Source of the DNA: Mobula hypostoma
Taxonomy: Eukaryota
Assembly (NCBI RefSeq): GCF_963921235.1
Contig: NC_086110.1
Coordinates: 13,144,001-13,208,000 of the forward strand
Reading direction: 5' to 3'
DNA length: 64,000 nucleotides
Part shown: positions 38,801-51,578 of the stretch, piece after piece
How positions within the stretch are numbered: the first letter of the stretch is position 1
How the letters are laid out: each line of letters opens with the position of its first letter
Made by a program: the position numbers and the translations under genes
Notes under the pieces: generated by a model
What the model was told of the DNA's origin: nothing
Databases searched by the model: none
Seen by the model: only the letters and a program-made list of their open reading frames with translations

Positions 38801-39651
38801 ATGCCCATGATTTTTACCCCGGTAAAAATACTTTGAACGGTAGGGGCGTGACGCCAAACCCAGCCAACGGACGATTGATGCTAATGAGAGAGATAAGAGA
38901 GACAATGGAGAAACATACAAAATTCTAATAAGAGAGGAGAGAGGGATTAACGGAAAAGAAACACAATTCAGAATATTGACAGAACGGTTGCTTTGAACCT
39001 GCACTGTTTGAAGTTTGATGGACAGGTGATACCCCAGCAGGGGGATAAAAACAGCAGGTTCGCTAAGGCACGGGACACCACGAGACCACGAGACAACGAG
39101 ACCCTGGAAAGAGCGGTGTACCCCCACAAGTGGTGATATTTTGGAGGTCCGGTTCGCGGAAACCGACCATTGGCTCACAGGGTGTAAAGGTACGATCGGT
39201 GGGAACCTGGTGTGTGTGTCCGCCCTTGCCTGGGTGCCGGGATCGCCGCGGAAGAACGATCGTATACGGAACGGAGGGGTCACAGTCGGTGACCACAGCG
39301 GGATAGAAGACATCAAAGGTCGGCCGGAACCAAATTGCATCCCCCCTACCCCCCACCTCCAACGGTATAACAGCAATTACTGCGAGCTGCACTAAGCTGA
39401 AATAAACTCTTCGTCACTGTAAGACTGAGCATTTTACCCCTAGACTGCGATAGAGCTTGGCTGATTCCTATTACCCTAGTTCTGTGTATATGTGTGTATT
39501 CTCATTGCTAACCTGTCACATTTATATCCTTACGATTAGAGTACTGTATTACTTATTTCTTTAATAAATCTTTATTAGTACCTAGTACTGCAGACTCCAA
39601 CGAGTGTTCCATTTCTGTTAATTTGGCAACCCCGTTACGGGGTACGTAACA
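35839..39651 (+). mobile_element. Gmr1-like Gypsy deletion derivative with TSD; 5' LTR truncated
   Basis: Starts TGTGACG (35839) and ends ...GGGGTACGTAACA (39651), with ATGC on both flanks (35835-35838, 39652-39655). 3' LTR at about 38847-39651. The 5' LTR is fused at about 36224 to mid-gag (YDRLLQL). Protease IWRDTGA, integrase HHCC start, and RT-end/RNase H ORF 38100-38726 are present. Confidence 0.92.
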
Positions 39652-40094
39652 ATGCATATAATCACGGTATACAACCGTGAGGTTCATTTCCTTGCAGACA
39701 TTCACAGTAGAACAGAGAAGTACAATAGAATCAATGTAAATCTGTAGAAAATATTGACAAACAACCAATGTGCAACAAAATACAATTAAAATTAAAAATA
39801 AATAAATGGTAAACGAATTGCTAAATAGACTCCATTTGAAGCTACATATGCGTGCATTTGAATAGTTTAACTGACTTTAGGGAGAGCAGTGCTCAAATAC
39901 AGAAGAGAAAAAGAAGTGAATCATTTTGGATACATTCCATTTTGAGCAATCTACAAAAGAGAAATAAAATTCCAGTCGTTGACATTTGATCCAACAAATT
40001 TTTTACGCCTTACTATAATCCCTTCAAAGGCTTTTCATAAGAAAGGTTAATCAGTTTAATAACACTTTAAGAGTTCTTCAGTGACTCTAAGACT

Positions 40095-40805
40095 ATGAGA
40101 ACAGGAGCAGAATTAGGAAATTTAGCTCACCCATTGGGCTCTGCCATTGAATCGAGGATATGGCAGCGAATTCTACAGTTTCAGCAGCCTCTGCCGGAAA
40201 ATATTCTTGCTAATTCCAAGGAATATCCCTTCAACGTACATCTGCAACCTTTGATCTTAGGCTCTGCTACAACAGGGAAACACCTCTCCACGTCTACTCC
40301 CCATGGGCATCTCAGTATCCGGCATGTTTCATTGAGATCACTCATGCCATTCCCCACCCTCATATGAAGAGCGTTTGATGGCTGTCGGGCTACATTAACT
40401 AGAATTTAAAAGAATGAGGGGTAACTTTATTGAAACCTCTCAGATAGTGAAAGGTCTTGATAGATTGTATACGGAGAAAATGTCTCCTATGTTGGGAGAG
40501 TCTGCGACGAGAGGACGCAGCCTCAGAACAGAGGGGCATTCTTTTAGAGAGGAGATGAGGAGACATTTCTACAACCAGACAGTGGTGAATCTGGAGAAAC
40601 ATTCACAACAGACAGCTATGAAGGCGAAGTCTTTATATATATTTTAAATAGAGGTTGATAGATCCTTAATTGGTCAGGTCGTGAGGGGATACGGGGTGAA
40701 GGCAGGATATTGGAACTCAGAGAAAAATTGAATGATCCGATGAAACGGCAAAGCAGGCTTAATGGGACAAATGGCCTAATTCAGCTCCTATCTCTTATGG
40801 TCTTA
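40095..40805. mobile_element. Two CR1 3'-end fragments in opposite orientations (about 40095-40375 minus; about 40376-40805 plus)
   Basis: EFKRMRGNFIETSQIVKGLDRL...GHSFREEMRRHFY and the tail AATGGCCTAATTCAGCTCCTATCTCTTATGGTCTT. Minus piece ORF DLNETCRILR...VDVERCFP. Confidence 0.75.
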
Positions 40806-41419
40806 ACATCTGACGCCTGCGCTGTTAATCGTTTTATGTCAGGGATCATGTTCATGAAACTCCTGTGGACATTCTCCAGGCCCAGGACATCTTTCCTTCC
40901 ATACCAAACAACATAACTCACAATATTTCAAAAGTGTACTGATCTACACCTTATAAGGCGTCAGCAGTGAACTTGCATGCAACAGGCTACATTGTTAATT
41001 TAAAATTTTAGGTAAGGCATCATAATCACTAAATGAAGGGGGAGATACTTGGATAGCAAATAGAAAGAATTGGGAAGATATTATCTTCGATATGAAGAAA
41101 TGTATTAAAACTATTGTAGCCAAGAATTAATAGTATTTCTCGAGCTGAAGGCTATGGTGCACACCATTTGTAATTTGATTAAAGATTATCCACATGAGTT
41201 CAAATTCAGAGGCAGACTGGCTTATACAGCATGCAATTCATATTAAATTCCTGTAAAACATCCTCTTGAAATTCGATAAACTCCAGCAGAGAGAACATCC
41301 GGTGAATACCAGTCACCATGTTGTAAGTCACAGATCACGTGCAAATATAGCTGAAAGAAAATTATGTAAAAAAAAAACGACTTATTTTGAGACAAATTAG
41401 TGTGATTTCGAAATTGTGG

Positions 41420-41690
41420 GCGCCAGGGCAGGTTAGCGCGACACTGTCACATTTCAGGGCGTTGCGGAGTTTGGAGTTCAATTCTGTCGCCATTTTTAAA
41501 GGAATTTGTAATTTCTCCCCGTGAATTGCGCGTGTTCCCTCCGTGTCTCCGGTTTTCTCCGACAGTTTGAAGACGTGCCGGTTAGTAGATGCATCCGTCA
41601 TTGTAAATTCTACTGTGATTAGACTGGATTTAAGTAATATGTGGCTAGCTGGGCTGCTTATTGGACCGGAGGGCTCTGTTCTGTGCTGAA
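41420..41690 (+). mobile_element. tRNA-derived V-SINE (HE1-like) copy, diverged
   Basis: tRNA-like head (GGTTAGCGCGACACT...GAGTTCAATTCTG) followed by a V-domain-like core TTCTCCCCGTG...CTCCGGTTTTCTCCGACA...AAGACGTGCCGGTTAGT. Recognised from general family knowledge only. Confidence 0.6.
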
Positions 41691-44600
41691 TCTTTCAGCA
41701 AATAATTTGAATACAGAACAAATATCCTTCTTCTGCCTTTATAATGGTGCAAAAGGTATTTATGGAGAAAATATGCTGTTACATGTTTTACGCCAACCAA
41801 GTGGCTAATATTTATAAATCAATCCGACGTATCGGGGGAGGAGGCAGAAATAAAACATTAGCAACAGAATTGCTGTGTAATCCACACTTCGCAAAAAGTA
41901 ATACAAAGGAAAATGTGAGCAGGTAAATTAACAATCTCGGAGCAATCTGTCTGATGTCATTCCACTGCACATTGTTTTTGATTTCATATTATCAAACTGG
42001 ATGTGTCTTCTATAAACTTGCTCCCGTATGAAAATATATTTCCAGGATTATGTACCTCAAATTAAACTTTAGATGATTTACGTCTCTGTTTAATTGTTGA
42101 TGCTAAAATATTGGTAATTGTTAATGTGGACAATTCTGTCAATGTTAATAACTATTACACAGTTACCTTTAATTTAAAAGGTTCTTCGGAAGATATTAAT
42201 TCAGGTTTTGTTGAGAAATATTCTTACCGCTGTGAATTTTAGCTTAATATTGCTGCTACCAAAATTACAGTTCCTCTGATCAAATCAGACGGAACAATTC
42301 AAGAACGGGAGTTTGCTTAAAAAAGATGAATCTCGAACGTGAAAAAAATCCAGACAAACTATCATCGTGCAAAATGGACTATTTGAAAGGGAGCACTTAA
42401 CTTATAGAAGATGGGGGTGCAAAATTACCTGATACCAGGTTTGGAGGAGCAGTACCAAGAACAGTAAGATTATGCAAGCTTTCCAGCGATGTTCAAGCAA
42501 AAGTGACTGGATGCTAACGGGGAATAAAATTGAACAGTCAGCAGAAAGGCCGCGGAGTACTGCAATGGTAACATTAATTATTCGAAGGACCCATCTCTGA
42601 TCACTTGTCGAGCGATCTCTGGCTACCCACATGAGGTGGCAACTATGGTACTTATACAATACTAATAATAGTAATAATAATACAGATTAACGTATTCTTC
42701 TGGCATTATAACTTGGGTCGAAGCCCATCTGGAAAATTTACAAGGAAACGAAAAATTTAAAATAAATTTTGGAAAGCACAACGTACATTCCATCGCGCTT
42801 AGATTAATACTACCCCTATGGAGATTGAAATTGAGAGGGCGCACAGTTCGCTCGTTCCGCGGCTCTACGGAGGCAGAGAAAGTAAACGGCGCTCAATAGT
42901 ACTTAAATTCCTTCGAGTCAAGAACAAGACGGATATTCTACGGAGGGCCTGGGGTAAGAAGAGGGTTTTTTGGAACGGAAAGTCAATATACTTCGATCAT
43001 GATTAGCACCCGGCGGTCCTACAGAAACGGAAAGATTATTCCGAAGCAAAACGACTATTAAAGCAAGAAAAGATGAAATTCCAAATCCCATACCCTGCTA
43101 AACTGAGGGTATTTTACCAAGAAGGGATACGACTATACCAGACTGTGGAAGAGGCGACTACAGACATGAACAACAGAGGACTGTCCATTATCGCGGTCAA
43201 ACCAAGGGAAAGTCTGGCTGAGCAATTATCCCGAACTACTTGGGAAATAGTAAGAGAACCTAGAAAACAGGGGACGGGAGCAGGACGAGAGAAGGATATT
43301 AGGAAGAGACTGTCAGTTCTCCTAGGGCAGCCCTCACCTCCTCCAGAGAGCCATAAGCTTTGGCTAACTTTAAAAGTGCTGATAACATAAACGGAAGCAA
43401 AAATAGACGGTGATATACCTATCTTGAGAAATACATGTTATAATGTGGATTTTATATTACTTCATTTTTTAAAAATCATTTATTCATTCATTTTTCCCCC
43501 ACCTAAATGAGAATATATATGCATGGGAGGAATACACAGGGAAATTATTTCTGTGTAATGGACATGGGTTTTTTTTTACTTACGTTTATAGGTACTGCAA
43601 CGGGGGCCCTCAACCCACAGGTAGGTGGGGCTATTCCTCACGGCTAGACATTTCTTCTAGCCCAACCCAGGGTCATCCAGAGAACCCAGCCTTGGAATCA
43701 CATCTTCGTTACCTTTTTTTTTTATTATTCGAGTTTCTTGCTCTTATTTGTTCAGGGAGTAGATCGATTAAGTTATATTCTGCAAATTTCAATGATATAC
43801 TAACAGATGAATACACATGGTAAGGACAAAGTAAAATTCATTTCTTTTAATGTCAATGCACTGTTGATTCCAGCCAGGCGCAGTAAAATTCTATCAAAAA
43901 TGAAAAAAAAGAACAAGCCCCTGTAGATAATTTACAGGAAACTCGCTTAAGTGATAATGAGCATGGAAAATTAAAGAGAATGGGCTTCACTAATTTGTTT
44001 TTCTCCTCATATAGATCAGGACATTGAAGAGGAATTGCTATTCTCATCTCAAATACGCTAAATTTAGAAAAAAAGTATTCGAAATGGGAGATAAGGAGGG
44101 TAGATATATTCTGGTAAGGGGGAATATCGATGGAAATCCCGTTACTTTATTGAATATACACGCACCCCAAAGAAGTGATAATAGTTTCTTCCAGAAAGTT
44201 ACTGATATTATGGTAACGGGAAACAGAGGTCCCTTGATATGTGTGTGTGTGTGTGGGAGGGGGGAATAAAATTGACAATTGCAACCAAAGTTAGACTATT
44301 CCAATAGAAAAACTTATGGAACAAAGTCCTTACATAAGGAAGTTGACAGACTTTTTGAGGATGTTGGTCTAATTGATATATGGAGGGATCCTTTCCCCGA
44401 CAGAAGGGATTACACTTATTATTCCGCATATACAAGAATAGACTATTTCATAACATTTATAAAAGATAGAGACAAAATAATCACCTGTGGAAATGAGACA
44501 ATAGATGTAAGTGACCATGCATCTCAACGTGTATTTGTTGATTTTGACCTACAATTAAAGAATACTATTTGGAAAGTAAATTCAAGTCTACCCAATGATC

Positions 44601-45338
44601 CCTATTTTAAGGAATAAAGTAAAAAAAGAAATTGGTCTTTACTTAGAATTCAGTGATAATGGAGAAGTTCCACCTTCCATTCTATGGGATACACGGAAGG
44701 CTCTCTTAAGAGGGAAAGTTACAGCGATATCTTTATATCAGAAAAAAAAAGAAATAGAACATTAGAGGAATTACAGAATAAGCTGAAGGAACCAGAAGAA
44801 AAGCGCAAATTCAGTTTGGCACAGGATACACAAGAGGAAATTAAAAAATTAGGAATGAAATTAATAGTTTGGCGACGCAAGAAGTTAGAAAGAAAATTAA
44901 TGTTTCTGAAAAAGAGATACTATGAAAGTAGATCTAAATCTATGAAAATACTGGTGTGGAAACTGGAAAAAAAGATATCAGAAAATGCAATTCACAGAAT
45001 AAGGGATCCAAGAACAAAAGTGATAAAAAAAATAAGCTGAGTGAAATTCAAGAAGCTTCTGAAATGTTTTACAAAACCCTATATTCTAAAGTCCCAGGGG
45101 GAAGCATACCCAAATTGACACCGTCCTGAATTCTCTAGAGTTACCCATTTTATGCAAAGAACAAAATAGAACGTTGACTGCTGACATAACTGAAGCTGAA
45201 CTAAAAACTGCAATTAGTAGGCTTAAAGCAAGCAAGTCATCAGGATCAGATGGATATACGGCAGAGTGGTATAAAGAGTTTAGAAGTGAGTTAATTTATA
45301 TTTCACTTCCCTCACTGAAATAGACCCTAAGAAAGGCG

Positions 45339-46474
45339 TAATGGTATTGGGGGTAAGGTATTGGTGTGGGTGGAGAATTGGTTAGCAGACAGGAAACAAA
45401 GTGTGGGAATAAACGGGACCTTTTCAGAATGGCAGGCGGTGACTAGTGGGGTACCGCAACGCTGAGTGCTGGGACCCCAGTTGTTTACAATATATGTTAA
45501 TGACTTGGATGAGGGAATTAAATGCAGCATCTCCAAGTTTGCGGATGACACGAAGCTGGGTGGCAGTGTTAGCAGTGAGGAGGATGCTAAGAGGATGCAG
45601 GGTGACTTGGATAGGTTGGGTGAGTGGGCAAACTCATGGCAGATGCAATTTAATGTGGATAAATGTGAAGTTATCCACTTTGGTGGCAAAAATAGGAAAA
45701 CAGATTATTATCTGAATGGTGGCCGATTAGGAAAAGGGGAGGTGCAACGAGACCTGGGTGTCATTATACACCAGTCATTCAAAGTGGGCATGCAGGTACA
45801 GCAGGCGGTGAAAAAGGCGAATGGTATGCTGGCATTTATAGCGAGAGGATTCGAGTACAGGAGCAGGGAGGTACTACTGCAGTTGTACAAGGCCTTGGTG
45901 AGACCACACCTGGAGTATTGTGTGCAGTTTTGGTCCCCTAATCTGAGGAAAGACATCCTTGCCATAGAGGGAGTACAAAGAAGGTTCACCAGATTGATTC
46001 CTGGGATGGCAGGACTTTCATATGAAGAAAGACTGGATGAACTGGGCTTGTACTCGTTGGAATTTAGAAGATTGAGGGGGGATCTGATTGAAACGTATAA
46101 GATCCTAAAGGGATTGGACAGGCTAGATGCAGGAAGATTGTTCCCGATGTTGGGGAAGTCCAGAACGAGGGGTCACAGTTTGAGGATAGAGGGGAAGCCT
46201 TTTAGGACCGAGATTAGGAAAAACTTCTTCACACAGAGAGTGGTGAATCTGTGAAATTCTCTGCCACAGGAAACTGTTGAGGCCAGTTCATTGACTATGT
46301 TTAAGAGGGAGTTAGATATGGCCTTGTGGCTACAGGGGTCAAGGGGTATGGAGGGAAGGCTGGGGCGGGGTTCTGAGTTGGATGATCAGCCATGATCATA
46401 ATAAATGGCGGTGCAGGCTCGAAGTGCCGAATGGCCTACTCCTGCACCTATTTTCTATGTTTCTATGTTTCTAT
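45339..46474 (+). mobile_element. CR1 (elasmobranch HER1-like) LINE, 5'-truncated, nested in the L1
   Basis: ORF 45466-46254 (LGPQLFTIYVNDLD...KFADDTKLGG...RPHLEYCVQFWSP) and the 3' tail AATGGCCTACTCCTGCACCTATTTTCTATG(TTTCTATG)n. Confidence 0.93.
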
Positions 46475-46591
46475 ACCGAAAGAAGGCAAGGATAAAATGG
46501 AATTTGCGTCATTTGGACCAATATCTTTCCTTAATGTGGATTACAGAATATTTTCCTCCGTCATGGCCAAACGATTAGAAGAGTTTCTACC

Positions 46592-46775
46592 AGTTCATTG
46601 GCTATATTTAAGAGGGAGTTAGATATGGCCCTTGTGGCTAAAGGGATCAGGTGGTATGGAGCGAAGGCAGGGACAGGGTTCTGAGTTGGATGATCAGATA
46701 TGATCATGCTGAATGGCGGTGCAGGCTCGAAAGCCCGAATGGCCTATTCATGCACCTATTTTCTATGTTTCTACC
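46592..46775 (+). mobile_element. Short CR1 3'-end insertion in the L1 RT, flanked by an 8-bp duplication
   Basis: Similar to 46283-46474. TTTCTACC at 46584-46591 and 46768-46775. The L1 reading (LEEFLP|TLINNDQTGFI) resumes after it. Confidence 0.85.
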
Positions 46776-49337
46776 CACACTGATAAATAATGATCAGACA
46801 GGCTTTATACAACAAAGCCAAACACAAGACAATATACGAAGGACACTTCACATTATGCATTAACGTAAAACAATGAAATTGAAGCAATACTGATAAGCGT
46901 GGACGGTGAAACGGCATTTGATTTAGTTAATTGGAATTTTCTTCACAGAGTTTGACATAGATTTGGTCTACATGACACAATTATTAAAACTGTAAAGGCA
47001 CTACACGGCAATCCCACTGCCAGGATTAAAATCAATGGATATTTATCTAATAGTTTTATCTTAGAAAAGGGCATGAGACAGGGTTGTGCATGGTCATCGC
47101 TACTCTTCGTATTATATCTGGAACCATTAGCTCAATACATCAGACAGAATGCAGCTATCAGGGGATTTACTATTAAAGGGGCAGAGCATAAATTGACCTG
47201 TTACGTGGATGACATTTCAATTTGTCTAGGGCAACTAACATACTCTTTACCTAAATTAATGCAATCCTTTGAAAAATATGGCCAATTATCAGGATACAAG
47301 ATCAACGTAGATAAAATCCAACTACCTTCATATAACTATAGCCCACCAAGAGAAATTGAAAGTCAACATGCTTCGGCATGGCAAACAGAGTCTGTCAAAA
47401 ATTTTTGGACATCATTATGCCAAAAGATTTGGCAAAATTATCAGAATGCAATTATCAGCCTATATATAAAAAATTAAGGAAGATATAAAAAGATGGAACC
47501 TAATTCCTTTCCTTGGTCTCAGTTCAAGGTTTGAATCTTTTAAAATGCATATACTACCCAGGCTACTAATTCTCTTTCAGACCCTGGCAATAAAGATTAA
47601 CAAAAATCAATGCAATGAATGGAACAAGATGCTATGAATTATATATATGGCAAGGTAAAAAGGCCTAGGGTTCGTCTCAAAACTTTTCAATTAGCCAAGG
47701 AAAAGGGGGAATGGGGCCTACCTTCTCTTAAAGATTATTATTTTGCAGCACAGTTGAGAACTGTGATATGCTGGTGCAACCCATCATATGGTGCTCAATG
47801 GAAAAACATTCAGGAGAGGATACTTTCCATCCCCATACAGGCTATTTTGGCTGATAATAACCTATAAAGTTACATATATAATATTGACAACCCGTGGGTG
47901 AAATAGACTCTTAAAACATGGAAAACTATTATAAAAGAATGTAAACTAGAGAGAGGCATTGCAATTCTTAAATGGTGTGCATATGACTGGGATTTTATAC
48001 CGAATAAACTGGATGCTAGATTTAGAGACTGGACAGCTAAAAGAATAACAGCGATTTTGCAATATAATGAAATAAGGAACACTGTTCAGTTTTGAAATGC
48101 TCATAGAGAAACACTTATTAGAAAAACAAGACTTTTCCCGGTATTTGCAAATGCGACAGTATGTTAATAGGAAAGGTAAAAATGTATCCAAGCCAAGTAC
48201 GTGTCTGATAGAGCTATTTAGAAAAGCGTATAATTCAGACAACGGCAGTAGAATAATTTCAAGCGTTTATATGGGTTTGTTAAATCTTAAAACGCATTCG
48301 ACTTCATACATAAAAACAAAATGGGAGAAGGAAGGAGCGATAATAATATATGAGGAAGACTGGGCAATAATATGGAGGTATCAATGGAAGTATACCAGTT
48401 CACAGAAATGGAGTGAGTTCGGGTAGAAAAACTTGATAAGATATTTTATTACACCCTCTCAGAAATCCCATTTTGATAGTAACCCCCCTGCATGCTGGAG
48501 AAATTGTGAAAATCAAAATGCAATCTATTATCATATTTTCTGGTAATGCCCCGTTATCAAAGACTATTGGAGTGGGATACATAATGCCTTACAAGTCATC
48601 TTTAAAAGTGAAATACCCTTAGATAGTAAGACCATTTCTTTTGAGTAGATACCTCAAGAATGGTTGAAAGGAGATAAATATTTAATGAATGTGCTTGTGC
48701 TGCTGGTGGTTGGTAAAAAGACCCTTACCAGGAAATGGTTATTTCAGCAGAATACAACTTTAAATGTATGGAAGAAATTTACAATGGGCGTTTATAAAAT
48801 GGAGAAGATAACAACATCTGTTAATCAAAAGTTGGAACAATGTTATTCATACTGGAGAAAATGGTTTAACTACATAACACCTCATAGGCCTGATTTTATT
48901 CTCACAAAACAATGAATATGTTGTAAAAAAAATCACTCCCTACTCTGCACATAGTTTTCTTCCTTCGATTGTTCTTTTTTTCCTCTCCTTTCTATAAGTG
49001 TATACCTCAGATAAATATTATGTGGAGATTTGTGATACTTATGATTATATGATATATATCTACAGTATCTGAAATACATCTTATGGAAATGTTTGTTTGA
49101 TGATGAAATTCATTAAAAAATAAATTACAAAAAAAAGATTAATACTACCTAGGACAGAAGGGGTAAGAGGAATACGATTCATAAAAAAACTTTGTACAAC
49201 ATTCAGATAACAGTTCTAAGGATATACCTCCATCAACGAAAACAGGTTTCAGCGTTCCAGGCGAGCAGGTGCAATTCTGATATGAAGAACACACCAATAA
49301 ACTGAATTTAAAGCGCAAACCAGAAAAATGAAGAAAT

Positions 49338-50733
49338 TAGCTTGACATCGGTGGTTGGCATGTTGTTGGAGTCGATTGCGTAGGATGATGTTACAGAGTA
49401 CCTGGAGGCATATGACAGAATAGGCAGAACTCAGCATAGATTCCCTAAAGGAAAATCCTGCCTGACAAACCTATTGCAATTTTTTGAGGAAATCACTATT
49501 AGGCTAGACAAGGGAGATGCAGTGGATGTTGTATATTTGGATTTTCAGAAGGCCTTTGACAAGGTGCCACACATGAGGCTACTTAACAAGTTAAGAGCCC
49601 ATGGAATTACGGGAAAGTTACATACGTGGATAGAGCGTTGGCTGATTGGCAGGAAACAGAGAGTGGGAATAAAGGGATCCTATTCTGGTTGGCTACGGGT
49701 TACCAGTGGTGTTCCACAGGGGTCCATGTTGGGGCCGTTTCTTTTTACATTGTACATCAACCATTTGGGTTATGGGATAGATGGCTTTGTGGCTAAGTTT
49801 GCTGACGATACGAAGATAGGTGGAGGGGCTGGTAGTGCTAAGGATACGGAGAGTCTGCAGAGAGACTTGGATAGATTTGAAGAATGTGCAGAGAAGTGGC
49901 AAATGAAGTACAATGCTGGAAAGTGTATGGTTCTGCACTTTGGCAGAAAAAAATAAACGGGCAGACTATTACTTAAATGGGGAAAGAATTCAAAGTTAGG
50001 AGATGCACGGGACTTGGGAGTCCTGGTACAGGATACCCTTAAAGCTAACCTCCAGGTTCAGTTAGTAGTGAAGAAGGCGAATGCAATGTTGGCAGTCATT
50101 TCTAAAGGAATGGAGTATAGGAGCAGAGATGTGATGTTGAGGCTCTATAAGGCGCTGGTAAGACCTTACTTGGAGTACTGTGGGCAGTTTTGGTCTCCTT
50201 ATTTAAGAAAGGCTGTGCTAACGTTGGAGAGGGTACAGAGAAGATTCACTGGAATGATTCCGGGAATGAGAGGGTTAACATATGAGGAACGGTTGTCCGC
50301 TCTTGGACTGTATTGCTTGGAGTTTAGAAGAATGAGGGGAGACCTCATAGAAACATTTCGAATGTTGAAAGGCATGGACAGAGTGGATGTGGCTAAGTTA
50401 TTTCGCATGATGGGGGAGTCTTGTACGAGAGCGCATGACATAAGGATTGAAGGGCGCCCATTCAGAACAGAAATGCGAAGAAATTTTTCTAGTCAGAGGG
50501 TGGTGAATCTATGGAATTTCTTGCCACGGGCAGCAGTGGAGGCCAATTCATTGGGTGTATTTAAGGCAGAGATTGATAGGTATCTGAGCAGCCAGGGCAT
50601 CAAAGGTTATGGTAAGAAGGCGGGGGAGTGGGACTGAATGGGAGAATGGATCAGCTCATGATAAAATGGTGGAGCACACTCGATGGGCCGAATGACCGAC
50701 TTCTGCTCCTTTGTCTTATGGTCTTATGGTCTT
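49338..50733 (+). mobile_element. CR1 LINE of a second subfamily, 5'-truncated
   Basis: ORFs 49474-49956 (YLDFQKAFDKVPH...KFADDTKIGG) and 50014-50637; 3' tail (CTTATGGT)n. Confidence 0.92.
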
Positions 50734-50739
50734 ATTATC

Positions 50740-51578
50740 ACTCTAGAAGAAAGAAAAACTTAACCAGTGGAAGAATATGACTGCCCTTGGAGACATTCCC
50801 AGGATCTGGGCAGATCAGATGTCATCAATGACAGACCTCTTCTCAGAACAAAGAGGTTCCTCGTGACAATACATGACTCGGTGGTTAACACAAAAAGTAC
50901 CAAAAATACAGAATAAGAAAATCAACAAAGGTAAGACTATTCATGTAGAAAATTCCAAGTGAAACCAGAAACAATCCAACATATTATAGGATCTTGCAGC
51001 AGTTGAAGTCAGTCCGATTACTTGCACGGGATAACGAAGCGGAAAACATTCTTTACCGGCATCTTGCTTTAAATTTCAAACTCAGAAGTGTAACCGTACT
51101 TACGATAAATACAAGTCTGGTTCAGTTTTATAGTCAGAGTCGCACAACCTATATTACCACTAATCCATTATTACCGATGGGACAATTTATAATAACCTTC
51201 CACGTGTAAATATTACAGGATAAACAAACAAAAATAACTAACTTAATAGATATAACCAGTCCAAACACACACAATATACAGAAATCAATGACTAAAAATC
51301 ACCTGAAATTAAAAGAGAAAATTAAAAGACCTTGGAACATGAACAGGGTATACCTTGTCCCAATAGTAATATCTACAACTGATATCATCCCAAAGTCCTT
51401 ACACAAAAGCATTAAATAATTAGTTCGACAGAGCAGTATTTACAGAAATCTCCAGAAAGCCACAATACTAAACATCAGTCTGAAATTTGCTAACAGTTGA
51501 GAAATAAGCTTGCTTGGCTATGCTCATACTTCAGGCTTTAGCAGCTCGAAAGAATAATAATAATAATAATAATAATAA
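50740..51578 (+). mobile_element. R4/Dong-clade non-LTR retrotransposon 3' remnant (zinc knuckle plus restriction-like endonuclease) ending in (TAA)n
   Basis: Manual translation across stops: SCRKFQVKPETIQHIIGSC; LIDITSPNTHN; WNMNRVYLVPIVISTTDIIPKSLH; RNLQKATIL. These match the CCHC and RLE pattern of R4/Dong. Short 3'UTR, then (AAT)n at 51553-51578. Confidence 0.75.

Larger units (their letters stand above)
42200..49137 (+). mobile_element. Near-full-length, inactivated L1-clade LINE (ORF1, ORF2 EN-RT, 3'UTR, A-tail)
   Basis: ORF1 pieces EIERAHSS...RSIVLKFL...IYFDHD and FQIPYPAKLRVF. EN KVKFISFNVN (about 43820), YTRIDYF, DVSDHA. RT PISFLNVDYRI, MRQGCAWSSLLF, CYVDDI. Ends RPDFILTKQ* (48915), then AATAAATTACAAAAAAAA (49119-49137). 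Two CR1 inserts are nested. Confidence 0.92.

Noticed and set aside
41279-41930. Small + strand exon-like pieces (ERTSGEYQSPC; ...KENVSR|GTAAAT)
   Set aside because: Acceptors are weak and no coherent chain could be built.
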